From NCBI GenBank assembly GCA_030429765.1, contig JAUIER010000004.1:97131-161130 (forward strand): DNA of 64,000 nt, read 5' to 3'. The stretch comes from a bacterium (GTDB lineage: Bacteria > Omnitrophota > Gorgyraeia > Zapsychrales > Zapsychraceae). Numbering within the stretch: position 1 is the first letter of the stretch; each line of letters starts with the position of its first letter. The translations under genes were made by a program, and so were the position numbers. Of this stretch, positions 1 through 10,055 are shown one piece after another. The notes under the pieces were generated by a model that saw only the letters and a list, made by a program, of their open reading frames with translations, did not search any database and was not told the origin of the DNA.

Positions 1-296
1 AGCAAATTATCCTTAGTTATGCCCGCATTGTTAATTAATATATCAATGCCCCTATATTTGTCAAGAATTTTGTTGATGATTTCTGTCACATTTTCCAGGT
101 TTGTGACATCACATGCAAAACTATCCGCTTTCAGTCCCTGCCCGACGATCTCGTCACGAACTTGATGCGCCAAACCTTCATTGCGCCCCATAATAATGAC
201 TTGCGCGCCTTCATGCGCAAAGTTTGTAGCAATCTCCCGGCCAATCCCCCGGGTCGATCCGGTCACCACGACCACTTTGTCTTTGTAACGAAGCAT
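1..296 (-). CDS. fabG: 3-oxoacyl-ACP reductase (SDR), 5' part only; runs off the window edge
   Basis: Hand translation from ATG at 296: MLRYKDKVVVVTGSTRGIGREIA...IDILINNAGITKDNLL, with the TGxxxGIG and NNAGIT(K/R)D motifs of FabG. Not in the ORF track because it is truncated. Confidence 0.85.
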   Translation of the reverse strand, partial: MLRYKDKVVVVTGSTRGIGREIATNFAHEGAQVIIMGRNEGLAHQVRDEIVGQGLKADSFACDVTNLENVTEIINKILDKYRGIDILINNAGITKDNL

Positions 297-366
297 ATCT
301 CTTCCTTAATTAGTGATTAATTTTCGATATGATAACAACCCCCGCTCCGATTTCAAGCGATTTCGA

Positions 367-798
367 TTATATGTCAATATCGGTATACCCATCATCGCGG
401 GTCTGAAATTGATTAACCTGAACAATCTGACCTTTCCGGATCATATCCTCCATACGCTTTCGGACCAGTTTTTTGATTGCCGTGCGGGTGAGCGGGATCA
501 ATAACATAAATCCCAGCGCGTCCGTGGCAAACCCCGGAGTCAGCAATACAATACCTCCGACCAGTATCATCAACCCATCCATCAACTCTTCACTGGGGAG
601 ATGCCCCTTGCCCAGATTGGTCTGAATCTTGTTTAAGACAAGAAACCCCTGATAGCGGGCCAATGACGCCCCAAGAATTCCAGTCAACACAATCACGAGC
701 AACGTATTGATGGAACCAATGTGCCGGCCCACCTCAATCAGCAACACCAGCTCAAGCGCCGGAACGACGGTGAATAATATCAGTAAATATGGAAACAT
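367..798 (-). CDS. fxsA: FxsA family inner-membrane protein
   Basis: Hydrophobic N-terminus (VPALELVLLIEVG) and LLLTPGF-type/TD-x-LG motif (VLLTPGFATDALG) typical of FxsA. Confidence 0.85.
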   Translation of the reverse strand: MFPYLLILFTVVPALELVLLIEVGRHIGSINTLLVIVLTGILGASLARYQGFLVLNKIQTNLGKGHLPSEELMDGLMILVGGIVLLTPGFATDALGFMLLIPLTRTAIKKLVRKRMEDMIRKGQIVQVNQFQTRDDGYTDIDI

Positions 799-801
799 GG
801 G

Positions 802-1188
802 CTAATAATCCAAATCCGGGATCAATTCCAAAACCGATTCCTTAAGAAAGTCCCGTTCATAAAAATCCTGATCAATGATTTCACCTTCATAAACCACAAG
901 GTCCAAATCGATACTCCGCGGACCGGACTTGAGCTGAGAGCGCTTTCGCCCCATGTCCTTCTCGATCCGCTTTAACGTTTTCACGAATTGCCCGATGGAC
1001 AGATCCGTTTCCACATAAACGGCTCCGTTGATAAAATCATCCTGATCCGCATAACCCACCGGCTTGGTCTGAATAAACTCCGATTCACCGATAACCGTAA
1101 ACTCCTCGGCCAAAATTTCCCGGGCCCGTTGAATATTCCGAACCGGCTCGATATTCGACCCCAATCCAATGATCGCCCGTCTAGTCAT
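802..1188 (-). CDS. folK: 6-hydroxymethyl-7,8-dihydropterin pyrophosphokinase
   Basis: IGLGSN, DFINGA, LKRIEKDMGR and GPRSIDLDL HPPK signatures. Start moved to ATG 1188 (MTRRAII), overlapping the upstream gene's stop. Confidence 0.92.
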   Translation of the reverse strand: MTRRAIIGLGSNIEPVRNIQRAREILAEEFTVIGESEFIQTKPVGYADQDDFINGAVYVETDLSIGQFVKTLKRIEKDMGRKRSQLKSGPRSIDLDLVVYEGEIIDQDFYERDFLKESVLELIPDLDY

Positions 1189-1537
1189 CACGTTCTTTCT
1201 TGATCTCAACGGAAACACTATCAGCAAAACGCAATGCGTGCGGTTTTTCAATCCGAACTTTGGCCTTTTTGACGGCGGAGTTCTCCATGGCAATATTGAG
1301 GACTACATCAGCCAGCTTCTCGATGAGAAAAAACTCCGACTGCTCCACCGCGGCGATTACTTTCTTGGTGATGGTTTTGTAATCCACGGTGTCCGACAAA
1401 TCATCGGACGCGATCGACGCACTGGCATCAAACTTGAGTTTGATATTGATGATCACATCCTGTTTATGATCTCGTTCCCAATCATTGGCCCCGATGATCG
1501 CCCTCAATCGTAAATTGGTAATTCGTATAGTTTCCAT
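1181..1537 (-). CDS. folB: Dihydroneopterin aldolase / dihydroneopterin triphosphate epimerase (FolB/FolX family)
   Basis: IG..WER...Q, TVDY, LIEKLA and EKPHA motifs. IRITNLRLR and KPHALRFADSVS resemble FolX. Confidence 0.85.
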   Translation of the reverse strand: METIRITNLRLRAIIGANDWERDHKQDVIINIKLKFDASASIASDDLSDTVDYKTITKKVIAAVEQSEFFLIEKLADVVLNIAMENSAVKKAKVRIEKPHALRFADSVSVEIKKERDD

Positions 1538-1569
1538 AGGAATCCTTGAGTTGTTAGATGCAAAAATAT

Positions 1570-2298
1570 TTATACCAGAAACTCTCCCCCGTCGACGGCG
1601 ATGATCTGACCGGTCAGAAAATCATTCGTGACGAGAAACTCCAGCGTCTGGGTGATGTTCATGATGTCGCCGCGCCGCTTTAGCGGAATATCTTTGGCCC
1701 GAGCGTCCAAATATAGATTGTCCTGATCCTCGGGCGGCAGGATCAATCCCGGACTGATTCCGTTGACTCGGATATCAGGAGCCAGCTCGACCGCCGACAT
1801 CCGGGTCAAGTCCGCCAATGCCTTTTTACTCAGCAAATAAGAAAAATGCTCTGTCTTCTGTTGAACAATCTTGGTATCCAGAATATTTATGACATGTCCA
1901 TTGTCGACATGCGAAGCAAACGCTTTGGATAAGAAATACGGCGATTTCAGATGAATATTGAAATGCAGGTCAAATTGTTGCTCTTTCGTCCCGCGCAATG
2001 CATCCTTTCGGAATACAGACGCATTATTGATCAACATGTGTAATCTCGGAAACTGATCGGTCACGGAGCTGATTAGAGAATCTGACGCGGCGGATTGACC
2101 TAAATCCTCCTGAAATAACGCACATCGAACGCCCTTGGCTTCGATCTGTTCAGCCAATGTTTCGGCCTGAGACCGCGATGCGTTGTAGTGCAAGGCAATA
2201 TCGTACCCCATCTCGGCCAATTTAAGGCTGAGCGCAGCTCCGATTCGCCGGGCGGCACCTGTGACAAGGGCGGCTTTATTTTGAGAAATTTCCGTCAT
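1570..2298 (-). CDS. Pteridine reductase-type SDR (FolM/PTR1-like)
   Basis: TGAARRIG, HYNAS, NNASVF, YxxSK (YLLSK) and IRVNGISPG motifs; sits upstream of folB/folK. Confidence 0.8.
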   Translation of the reverse strand: MTEISQNKAALVTGAARRIGAALSLKLAEMGYDIALHYNASRSQAETLAEQIEAKGVRCALFQEDLGQSAASDSLISSVTDQFPRLHMLINNASVFRKDALRGTKEQQFDLHFNIHLKSPYFLSKAFASHVDNGHVINILDTKIVQQKTEHFSYLLSKKALADLTRMSAVELAPDIRVNGISPGLILPPEDQDNLYLDARAKDIPLKRRGDIMNITQTLEFLVTNDFLTGQIIAVDGGEFLV

Positions 2299-2392
2299 AA
2301 GTCACTGGATGATATCATAGCCGACTGGGGGTGTCAATCCACAAAGGACGGCAACCCATTATCTTTTAGCAAGTTAGAAAATCAAATCATTC

Positions 2393-2420
2393 TTGTACTG
2401 ACCTACAGGTATGTTATAAT
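2393..2420 (+). promoter_or_regulatory. Probable sigma70 promoter for hisJ
   Basis: TTGTAC-16-TATAAT with extended -10 (TGtTATAAT), 25 nt upstream of ATG 2446. Confidence 0.5.
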
Positions 2421-2445
2421 ACGCACGTTTAACCAAGGAATCTTG

Positions 2446-3249
2446 ATGCAGCCAATTTATGACTATCACATGCACACACCGCTGTGCGGACACGCCGTCG
2501 GCTGGCCGGATGAATACGCCCAGGCCGCGCTAGACGCCGGTCTTGAGGAGATCGGATTTTCCGATCACGCTCCATTCGTGCATATGGTCGATCCAGGCGT
2601 GACGATGGGAATGTCCCAGTTGCCGGATTACTACGCAATGATAGAGAAGACACAACAGCGCTTCAAGAATGATTTACGCATCAAGATGGCCCTGGAGGCC
2701 GATTTTATCCCCGGATACGAGGACAAAACCCAGGCCATCATTGACGATTATGACTATGATTACATCATTGGATCGGTCCATTTTATCAAGGACTGGGGAT
2801 TTGACGATCCGGACCAACGGGAACGCTGGGACCAAGAAGACGTAAATCAGGTTTATTCGGACTATTATGAATTGCTGCGCCGCAGCGCCAAATCCGGCCT
2901 ATTCGACATCATCGGACACTGCGATCTTGTGAAAAAATTCGGTCATCGAGCCACCATCGATCTGACCGGCGAAATTAAACAAACAGCTCAGGTATTCAAG
3001 GAAACCGGCGTGGCGATTGAAATCAATACAGCTGGCTGGCGAAAACCCTGTGAAGAACAATACCCGGCGGAGAATTGCCTGAAGATTTACGCAGCCACGG
3101 GCATTCCTCTGACGTTCGGATCGGACGCTCATACACCGGAAGATGTCGGGGCTGACTTCAAACAGGCCTACGCCCTGGCCAAGTCCGCCGGCTTCACGGA
3201 ATATGTGTCCTTCTCGAAGCGCAACATAGACCGGGTCATTCGACTTTAG
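2446..3249 (+). CDS. hisJ: Histidinol-phosphatase, PHP family (HisJ)
   Basis: DYHMHTPLCGHA, GFSDH, IIGSVHF, IIGHCD, EINTAG and FGSDAH PHP motifs. Start ATG 2446 follows an AAGGA SD; the ORF-track extension overlaps the divergent gene. Confidence 0.85.
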   Translation: MQPIYDYHMHTPLCGHAVGWPDEYAQAALDAGLEEIGFSDHAPFVHMVDPGVTMGMSQLPDYYAMIEKTQQRFKNDLRIKMALEADFIPGYEDKTQAIIDDYDYDYIIGSVHFIKDWGFDDPDQRERWDQEDVNQVYSDYYELLRRSAKSGLFDIIGHCDLVKKFGHRATIDLTGEIKQTAQVFKETGVAIEINTAGWRKPCEEQYPAENCLKIYAATGIPLTFGSDAHTPEDVGADFKQAYALAKSAGFTEYVSFSKRNIDRVIRL

Positions 3250-3272
3250 GTCAAACACTGAGAATATTTACT

Positions 3273-4985
3273 ATGGGAAAATTTTCATCAAAATCATCAC
3301 ACTTTATCTTCAGCGCGTTCTGCATCGTATTGCTCGGAACTATTTGCTACTACTCCACGATCTGGACTCCATTTATCTGGGACGATCAGTATCTGGTCGC
3401 CGAAAACGCGCAAATCAAAGACTTAAACAATTGGCCTGAGATCTTAACAAGCACGATTGGTTCGGAGGATGTCGAACATTCTTACTATCGACCGTTTCAG
3501 ATGTTCAGCTACATGATCGATCATTTATTCTGGGGCAATAATCCCGTCGGCTATCACATCACAAATATCCTGCTGCACTGTCTGGTGGCGATTTGTTTGC
3601 TGGAATTGGTTTGGATCCTGTCCCTCAACCGCTGGGCCGCGTTCTGCGTTCCGCTCCTGTTTGTCACACACCCCATTCACACGGAAGCGATCACTTACAT
3701 ATCCGGTCGGGCCGATCCGTTAGCCGCGGTCGCCATGCTGATGAGTATCGGGACCTATATCTTTGCCGACAAAAAACGTCCTGGATTTCAAAAGGGTTTC
3801 AACCTCCTGCTTTCGGTGATTTTTTTCTGTTTTGCACTTTTATCCAAGGAACACGCATTGTGCGTTCCGATGATCCTGATCCTCTATCACATTTCATTTA
3901 AAACCAAGATTCGCTGGGGAGCCCTCTCGCCTTTGATCATCCTCAGCATTGGATACATCACGGTTCGATTGATGGGTGTGATCATTCCAGCGTTGGAACT
4001 GGATAATCCGTCCGATACCTCGTTGATGCAGCGTGTACCCGGTGCGTTTGTCGCTGTATTTTCGTACATCCGATTGCTGATTATTCCAATCAACTTACAT
4101 ATGGGATACGGTCAGAAAACCTTTGAGTTCGGCGACAGTCAGTTCATTGCCGGGGCTTCGGTCTGCATCTTTATGATGATCCTGTTCTTCAAACAACGTC
4201 GTGACTATCCACTGATGAGCTTTGCGATCGGATGGTTCCTCGTAGGATTATTACCGTTTCTCAATCTAATTCCGGTCAATGCCTACATGGCCGAGCACTG
4301 GCTGTACTTTCCTTCGGTAGGTTACTTTATCCTTCTGGGAATGTTTTTCGGCTACCTATACCGACGGATGCGTAAAAAATGGATCGTCGAGATATTTTTC
4401 ATCGCGTTGTTGGTTACGCAGATGACCCTGACGATCCGGCAAAACCAGGTATGGAAGGATCCGATCAAACTATACAACCGCATCCTGATGCACAACCCCA
4501 GCTATGCCCGGGCGCACTACAATCTCGCCAATTCATTGCTTAAGGACAAGAACGATGTGCTTGGCGCCATTGAACACTATCAAAAAGCGGTCAAGATCAA
4601 TCCGAATTATGCGGACGCCTATAACAATCTCGGCACGTTGTACCAATCTGAAAATGACGTCGCCCGAGCCAACCTCTACTACATGAAAGCCCTCAAGGTC
4701 GATCCGATGCATCTCGATGCCAACAACAACGTCGGCGCGATTCTGGTCGAGCAACAACAATACGCCGAGGCCTTGATCTACTTCTCACGTGTCCTGCAAA
4801 ACGATGAAAATTATGCCAAGACCCACAATAATCTCGGCATCCTCTACGCGCGCCAACGTAAGTTTGAAAAGGCCATCGAACACCTCACCAAGGCCCTGGA
4901 GCTTGACCCGACGATGGAAGATGCTAAAAGAAATATTGAGGATGTTCAGAAATTTATTGAACGGCGGGAAAAAATTCGTCGGTAG
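3273..4985 (+). CDS. TMTC-like GT-C membrane protein with C-terminal TPRs (putative protein glycosyltransferase)
   Basis: WDD after TM1, YYRP, YH..N..LH, HP.HTEA..YISGR, LLSKE and EH.LY.PS motifs, many TM helices, about 4 TPRs (AHYNLA, AYNNLG, THNNLG). Confidence 0.75.
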   Translation: MGKFSSKSSHFIFSAFCIVLLGTICYYSTIWTPFIWDDQYLVAENAQIKDLNNWPEILTSTIGSEDVEHSYYRPFQMFSYMIDHLFWGNNPVGYHITNILLHCLVAICLLELVWILSLNRWAAFCVPLLFVTHPIHTEAITYISGRADPLAAVAMLMSIGTYIFADKKRPGFQKGFNLLLSVIFFCFALLSKEHALCVPMILILYHISFKTKIRWGALSPLIILSIGYITVRLMGVIIPALELDNPSDTSLMQRVPGAFVAVFSYIRLLIIPINLHMGYGQKTFEFGDSQFIAGASVCIFMMILFFKQRRDYPLMSFAIGWFLVGLLPFLNLIPVNAYMAEHWLYFPSVGYFILLGMFFGYLYRRMRKKWIVEIFFIALLVTQMTLTIRQNQVWKDPIKLYNRILMHNPSYARAHYNLANSLLKDKNDVLGAIEHYQKAVKINPNYADAYNNLGTLYQSENDVARANLYYMKALKVDPMHLDANNNVGAILVEQQQYAEALIYFSRVLQNDENYAKTHNNLGILYARQRKFEKAIEHLTKALELDPTMEDAKRNIEDVQKFIERREKIRR

Positions 4986-4988
4986 GAT

Positions 4989-6203
4989 TTATCCGAATTT
5001 CTGCTGAATATGTCGCTCGAGAATCGCAACAAACTCTTCTTTGATGTGATCCCCCTTTAACGTGCACGTTTTAGCGCCGTTTTCGTAGACCGGCGCGATC
5101 GGTTCCTCGGAAGTGCCCGGTAAACTAATACCGATATCTGCATGCCGGCTCTCACCCGGACCATTGACCACACATCCCATCACGGCTATCTTCATCCGCT
5201 CCACGCCGGGAAATTCTTTTTTCCATTGCGGCATTTTTCGTTCAATGTGCTCGTTGATATCACTGGCAAGTATCTGGAAGTAATTACTGCTGGTCCGTCC
5301 ACACCCCGGACAACTGGTGACGCTGGGCTTAAAATATCTCAACCCCATACTTTGGAGAATATGTTTACAAACCTCAACTTCTCGACTACGCGGAATGTCC
5401 GGATGTGGCGTGAGTGAAACGCGGATGGTATCGCCTATCCCCTGCTGCAAAAGTATGCCTAAGGCGGCCGAACTCGATGCGATACCCTGAACATCGGCGC
5501 CGGCTTCGGTCAATCCCAGATGCAACACATAATCACATTCTTTGGCCAAGCGTGAATATACATTCACCATGTCCTGAAGAATGGACATCTTAACGCTAAG
5601 AATAATCTTGTCGGACGCCATCCCCAGCGATTCGGCCAGCTTCGCGCTGCCGACGGCGCTCTGGATCATCGCGTTGTACGTCACCTGCTTAAAATCCGCC
5701 GGCTTCTCGAGCCGCGCATTCTGATCCATCAATTCGGTGAGCAGCTCCTGGTCCAATGAGCCCCAGTTAACCCCAATCCGCACGGGTTTGTCGTATTTCA
5801 TCGCCACTTGAATAATCTGGGCAAAATTATCATCATGCCGATCTCCCTTCCCAACATTGCCGGGATTGATCCGGTACTTGGCCAGGGCCCGGGCGCAGTC
5901 GGGAAACTTATTGAGCAGTGTATGACCGTTAAAGTGAAAATCTCCGATAATCGGTTGGTTATAGCCTTTTTTGCGCAGCTGATCAATGATTCGCGGAACA
6001 TTTTCCGCCGCTGCCGCGTCATTGACCGTCCAACGGACCATTTGTGATCCGGCCTCAATCAGGGCCATCGTCTGTGTGAGCGTGGCCTCCGTATCGGCGG
6101 TCGGCGTGTCCGTCATCGACTGAACCACCACAGGATGCTGGCCGCCAAGCGGCACCTCTCCGACGTAAACCGTTGGGGTTATTCTGCGTTTGAGCTGCTC
6201 CAT
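4989..6203 (-). CDS. ispG: (E)-4-hydroxy-3-methylbut-2-enyl-diphosphate synthase
   Basis: [51 protein letters not shown] and [11 protein letters not shown] motifs. Confidence 0.97.
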   Translation of the reverse strand: MEQLKRRITPTVYVGEVPLGGQHPVVVQSMTDTPTADTEATLTQTMALIEAGSQMVRWTVNDAAAAENVPRIIDQLRKKGYNQPIIGDFHFNGHTLLNKFPDCARALAKYRINPGNVGKGDRHDDNFAQIIQVAMKYDKPVRIGVNWGSLDQELLTELMDQNARLEKPADFKQVTYNAMIQSAVGSAKLAESLGMASDKIILSVKMSILQDMVNVYSRLAKECDYVLHLGLTEAGADVQGIASSSAALGILLQQGIGDTIRVSLTPHPDIPRSREVEVCKHILQSMGLRYFKPSVTSCPGCGRTSSNYFQILASDINEHIERKMPQWKKEFPGVERMKIAVMGCVVNGPGESRHADIGISLPGTSEEPIAPVYENGAKTCTLKGDHIKEEFVAILERHIQQKFG

Positions 6204-6331
6204 GATAAAAGATTTGCTTTCGTGATCGGGATGAATTAGTATTTACTCTCGGTAAAATCATGATATAATGACACAATTCACAAGTCAAATCAAGCAGATT
6301 TGCCGAACAAAACTCACAATACACACAGAAT

Positions 6332-7252
6332 ATGGACATTTATCTCGCCAAAACTCAGGGATTTTGCGCCGGCGTTTCCTTCGCGATTGAAATCGTCGAT
6401 CGCGCCCTAAAACAATATGGACCGCCTCTTTACGTCTACCACGAAATCGTCCACAACACGTATGTGGTTAATGAATTTCGGAACAAGGGTGTTGTCTTTA
6501 TCGAAGACCTCAAGGACGTACCCGTAGGATCAAAGTTGATTTTCTCCGCCCATGGTGTACCGCCGCAGGTAATTGCCCAGGCCGAAGAACGAAAGCTGCA
6601 GTATGTCGATGCCACCTGCCCGCTGGTGACCAAGGTTCACAATGAAGCGGTCAAGTTTTCCAATCAAAAATTGGAGACCATCCTCATCGGTCACCGCGGC
6701 CATCAGGAACTGATCGGAACGTCCGGCTATGTCGACCCCGATTATCTGCATATCGTTGAGGACGAGGACGACATCGACAAACTGGATATTCCATCAGACG
6801 CGCCCGTTGCCTTTATCACACAAACAACCTTGTCTGTCGACGACACGCAGGCCATGATTGACAAACTCAAGGAAAAATTTCCGCAGCTCAATGCGCCTCC
6901 ACGATCAGACCTGTGCTATGCCACGCAGAATCGACAGGATTCGGTTAAGGATCTGGCCAAATACTGCGATGTGATCATCATCTGCGGTTCGCCCAATAGT
7001 TCCAATAGCAATCGCCTTCGTGAAACAGGTGAAAAAGCCGGTTGTCCCAGCTACATCATTGACACCGCTGAGGAACTGGACTTAAGCGTCCTCGAAAATC
7101 GTCAAAAGGTCGGGATCAGCTCCGGTGCCTCAGTACCCCGAATCATTGTGGATCAACTGGTGGAACGGATTCAGGCCAAATATCCAGAATCCGTCGTGCA
7201 TGAGTTTGAAAACCCCGAAAAAAACATCGTATTCGCGCTTCCCAAGATCTAG
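6332..7252 (+). CDS. ispH: 4-hydroxy-3-methylbut-2-enyl diphosphate reductase
   Basis: GFCAGV, IVHN, FSAHG, DATCPLVTKVH, TQTT, CYATQNRQ, NSSNS and GASVP motifs. Confidence 0.97.
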   Translation: MDIYLAKTQGFCAGVSFAIEIVDRALKQYGPPLYVYHEIVHNTYVVNEFRNKGVVFIEDLKDVPVGSKLIFSAHGVPPQVIAQAEERKLQYVDATCPLVTKVHNEAVKFSNQKLETILIGHRGHQELIGTSGYVDPDYLHIVEDEDDIDKLDIPSDAPVAFITQTTLSVDDTQAMIDKLKEKFPQLNAPPRSDLCYATQNRQDSVKDLAKYCDVIIICGSPNSSNSNRLRETGEKAGCPSYIIDTAEELDLSVLENRQKVGISSGASVPRIIVDQLVERIQAKYPESVVHEFENPEKNIVFALPKI

Positions 7253-7259
7253 AGATATT

Positions 7260-7514
7260 ATGGCTAAACTAATCATCGACGACATCGAACACGACATCCC
7301 CGACGGTGAAAAAATAGATGACATCTGTGAAAACGAAGGCATTCCCTTCAGCTGCAACTCCGGCGTGTGTGGCACGTGTCAAATTGAGATCATTGAAGGA
7401 CAGGAAAATCTGAATGACCTCAACGATGAAGAAGACGCGCTTGGCATGGACCGCAACAATCGCCTCAGCTGTCAATGCCGTATCGTTGCCGGCACTGTCA
7501 AAATCACATATTAA
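7260..7514 (+). CDS. [2Fe-2S] plant/adrenodoxin-type ferredoxin
   Basis: FSCNSGVCGTC...RLSCQ motif in an acidic 84-aa protein; ATG 7260 lies 8 nt after the ispH stop. Confidence 0.9.
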   Translation: MAKLIIDDIEHDIPDGEKIDDICENEGIPFSCNSGVCGTCQIEIIEGQENLNDLNDEEDALGMDRNNRLSCQCRIVAGTVKITY

Positions 7515-7541
7515 TCGTCACGATCAATCCGAGCGAACGCC

Positions 7542-9083
7542 ATGGAATTTTCCCTCTGCGACCACACGATCGACACTGCCCAGCTGACGTCGCGACTCAA
7601 GACACCAGAGTCTGGAGCCGTCAACATCTTCGAAGGTATCGTCCGTAATCACAACAACAATCAGGCGGTGAAAGGCCTCTTCTATGAGGCCTATCCGGAT
7701 CTGTGCGAAAACGAGATTCAGAAAATTTTTGAGGAAGTCCGTCAACTATTCAATCCACATCAGGTGATCTGTCAGCACCGTACCGGCGCCCTTGACATTG
7801 GCGACACCGCCGTATGGATTGGAGTGTCATCCGCGCACCGGGACACATCCTTTAAGGCCTGCCGTTATCTGATTGATGAAATCAAATCGCGTTTACCGAT
7901 CTGGAAAAAAGAAGCTTATACCTCAGGGCAATCGGATTGGGTCAATTGCGCACAACCGGCCAATCGCATTGATCCTGCCCAATACTACTCCCGACAAATG
8001 CTCTTACCGGAAGTCGGATCGGCCGGACAATCAAAACTAAATCACAGCAAAGTCTTGGTCGTTGGCGCAGGCGGATTGGGTTCGGCCGCGTTGATGGGAT
8101 TAGCCGGATCCGGCATCGGCACGATCGGCATCGCTGAATTTGACCAATTAGAAGAGCACAATCTGCATCGGCAACACCTGTACGCGCACTCGGATATCCG
8201 ACAACCCAAGGTCCAACTGGCCGGCCAACGCGTCCAGGCACTCAACCCTTCGCTTCAGATCATTATTCACGACCAGAAACTATCGGCACAGAATATCAAA
8301 TCCATCCTGCCGACATATGATATCATCCTCGATTGCACGGATAACTTTGCCACCAAATTTCTACTCAACGATGCGGCTGTCTTATACCACCGCCCTTTGA
8401 TTCAAGCCAGTTTGTATCAACATGACGCACAGTTACGGCAGTACATTCCCGGAGCGACCGCCTGTTTAAGATGCGTGTGGCCTGAGCTGCCCGAAGCGGG
8501 ATGCATCGGAACCTGTCAGGATAGCGGTGTTTTCGGTGATGTTGCCGCGACCATGGGACACCTTCAATCGCTCAGCGCGATTCGCTGGCTGTTGGGTGCA
8601 CCTCAAAATATCGGTCAGACCCTGCTGTTTGATCTCGGTCATATGAACATTCAGAAGATCTCTGAGCCCGTCAACCCGCAATGTCCGGTATGCAGCAGCC
8701 AACCAAAGATTACAGCCATTGATGCGGGGCAATATGAACCTCACCATGAATGGACGGCAGACATCGAACAGCTGGCAGACGAAACCATACGTTCAGCCAC
8801 GTTCATTGATGTCCGTGAATCGTACGAACGGGCGATGGCGCCCCTTAAGGAAATCGACTCCATGCATCTACCCTGCAGCCGATTTGATCCGTCGCTTTTC
8901 CGGATGCCGGCAGACGGATCCACGGTTTATTTTTTCTGCGCCAAAGGTATTCGTTCGCTGGCCGTCGTCGAAAACCTGGCGGCCCTGGGCCTGAAAAATA
9001 TCGTTTCGCTGAACAATACCTTTTCACAAATCCGCCAGCGGTTACAATTGATGGATCAAACGGTTCACTCAAATCCGGACTAG
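7542..9083 (+). CDS. MoaE - MoeB/ThiF - rhodanese triple fusion
   Basis: N-terminal MoaE (GAVNIFEGIVRNHN, YEAY, HRTG, SAHR, LPIWKKE); central MoeB (YSRQ, VVGAGGLG, NLHRQ, DCTDNF, CLRC/CPVC); C-terminal rhodanese (IDVRE, CAKGIRS). Confidence 0.85.
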   Translation: MEFSLCDHTIDTAQLTSRLKTPESGAVNIFEGIVRNHNNNQAVKGLFYEAYPDLCENEIQKIFEEVRQLFNPHQVICQHRTGALDIGDTAVWIGVSSAHRDTSFKACRYLIDEIKSRLPIWKKEAYTSGQSDWVNCAQPANRIDPAQYYSRQMLLPEVGSAGQSKLNHSKVLVVGAGGLGSAALMGLAGSGIGTIGIAEFDQLEEHNLHRQHLYAHSDIRQPKVQLAGQRVQALNPSLQIIIHDQKLSAQNIKSILPTYDIILDCTDNFATKFLLNDAAVLYHRPLIQASLYQHDAQLRQYIPGATACLRCVWPELPEAGCIGTCQDSGVFGDVAATMGHLQSLSAIRWLLGAPQNIGQTLLFDLGHMNIQKISEPVNPQCPVCSSQPKITAIDAGQYEPHHEWTADIEQLADETIRSATFIDVRESYERAMAPLKEIDSMHLPCSRFDPSLFRMPADGSTVYFFCAKGIRSLAVVENLAALGLKNIVSLNNTFSQIRQRLQLMDQTVHSNPD

Positions 9084-9092
9084 GGTCAGCGC

Positions 9093-10055
9093 ATGCCTTC
9101 TGTCTCCCCCGAAAAATTTAATTTAGCCATCCACACCGATCAGCCTCTGCGTGACTTTACGACGTTCAAGCTGGGCGGACTGCCGAAATTTTTAGTTCAC
9201 TGTCAGACAACAGATGAACTCCAACGGACCGTGACGTTCACCCATTCCAATCATGAGAAATTCATCTTGATAGGCGGCGGCTCTAATCTGGTGATCAGTG
9301 ATGCGGGGATCAACTGCGGCGTGATCCGGTATGTCTCTGAGCAACCAATCATCAAACCTCTATCCGATCATCAATTCAGGGTGTCGGCCTCGACAATACT
9401 GGATGATTTCGTACTGTATGCGGCCCAACGGGGTTTTCACGGAATTAACTATGCCAGCGGTATCCCGGGAACCATCGGCGGTGCGATCGTGGGGAATGCC
9501 GGCGCCTTTGGTCAGCAGATTGCGGAATGCCTCGTCGCCGTTGTGCTGGTCAACCCTCAAGGAGTGGCCATTGAAATTCCGGCTGCCGAGATCGAGTTCA
9601 GCTACCGGCACTCAAGCCTGAAAGACAGTCCGGATATTGTCGCCGAGGCGATCATCCAACTTGCGCCTGGTTCCACGGAATCTCTGTTAAACGAGCGCGA
9701 AGAAATACTGGCGATCCGCCGCGAGAAACATCCCGACCTCAAACGTCACCCCTGCGCCGGCAGTTTTTTCCGGAACATCGAACCCACCTCCAAGGCCGGA
9801 CGCCGACAGGCCACAGGATGGTTTCTGGAACAGGCAGGCGGCAAAGATTTAAGATCGGGTGGCGCATATATCTACCCCAAGCATGCCAATATCATCACAC
9901 GGGATGACAATGGCACGGCGCAGGACGTCTTTGACCTGTCGCAAAAGATGGCCCAGCTCGCCAAAGAGAGATTTAATCTGGACTTGGTCCGCGAAGTGCG
10001 TTTTGTCGGCAACCTCGACGGTAAACCCGATCACATTTCGGCCGTGATTTGGTAA
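9093..10055 (+). CDS. murB: UDP-N-acetylenolpyruvoylglucosamine reductase
   Basis: TTFKLGG, IGGGSNLV, GIPGTIGGA..GNAGAFG, FSYRHS, AGSFFRN, KHANI and LVREV motifs. Confidence 0.93.
   Translation: MPSVSPEKFNLAIHTDQPLRDFTTFKLGGLPKFLVHCQTTDELQRTVTFTHSNHEKFILIGGGSNLVISDAGINCGVIRYVSEQPIIKPLSDHQFRVSASTILDDFVLYAAQRGFHGINYASGIPGTIGGAIVGNAGAFGQQIAECLVAVVLVNPQGVAIEIPAAEIEFSYRHSSLKDSPDIVAEAIIQLAPGSTESLLNEREEILAIRREKHPDLKRHPCAGSFFRNIEPTSKAGRRQATGWFLEQAGGKDLRSGGAYIYPKHANIITRDDNGTAQDVFDLSQKMAQLAKERFNLDLVREVRFVGNLDGKPDHISAVIW

Noticed and set aside
7260-7514. Ferredoxin (beta-grasp fold) as the missing MoaD-like sulfur carrier
   Set aside because: It has a full [2Fe-2S] Cys motif and ends in KITY, with no C-terminal Gly-Gly.
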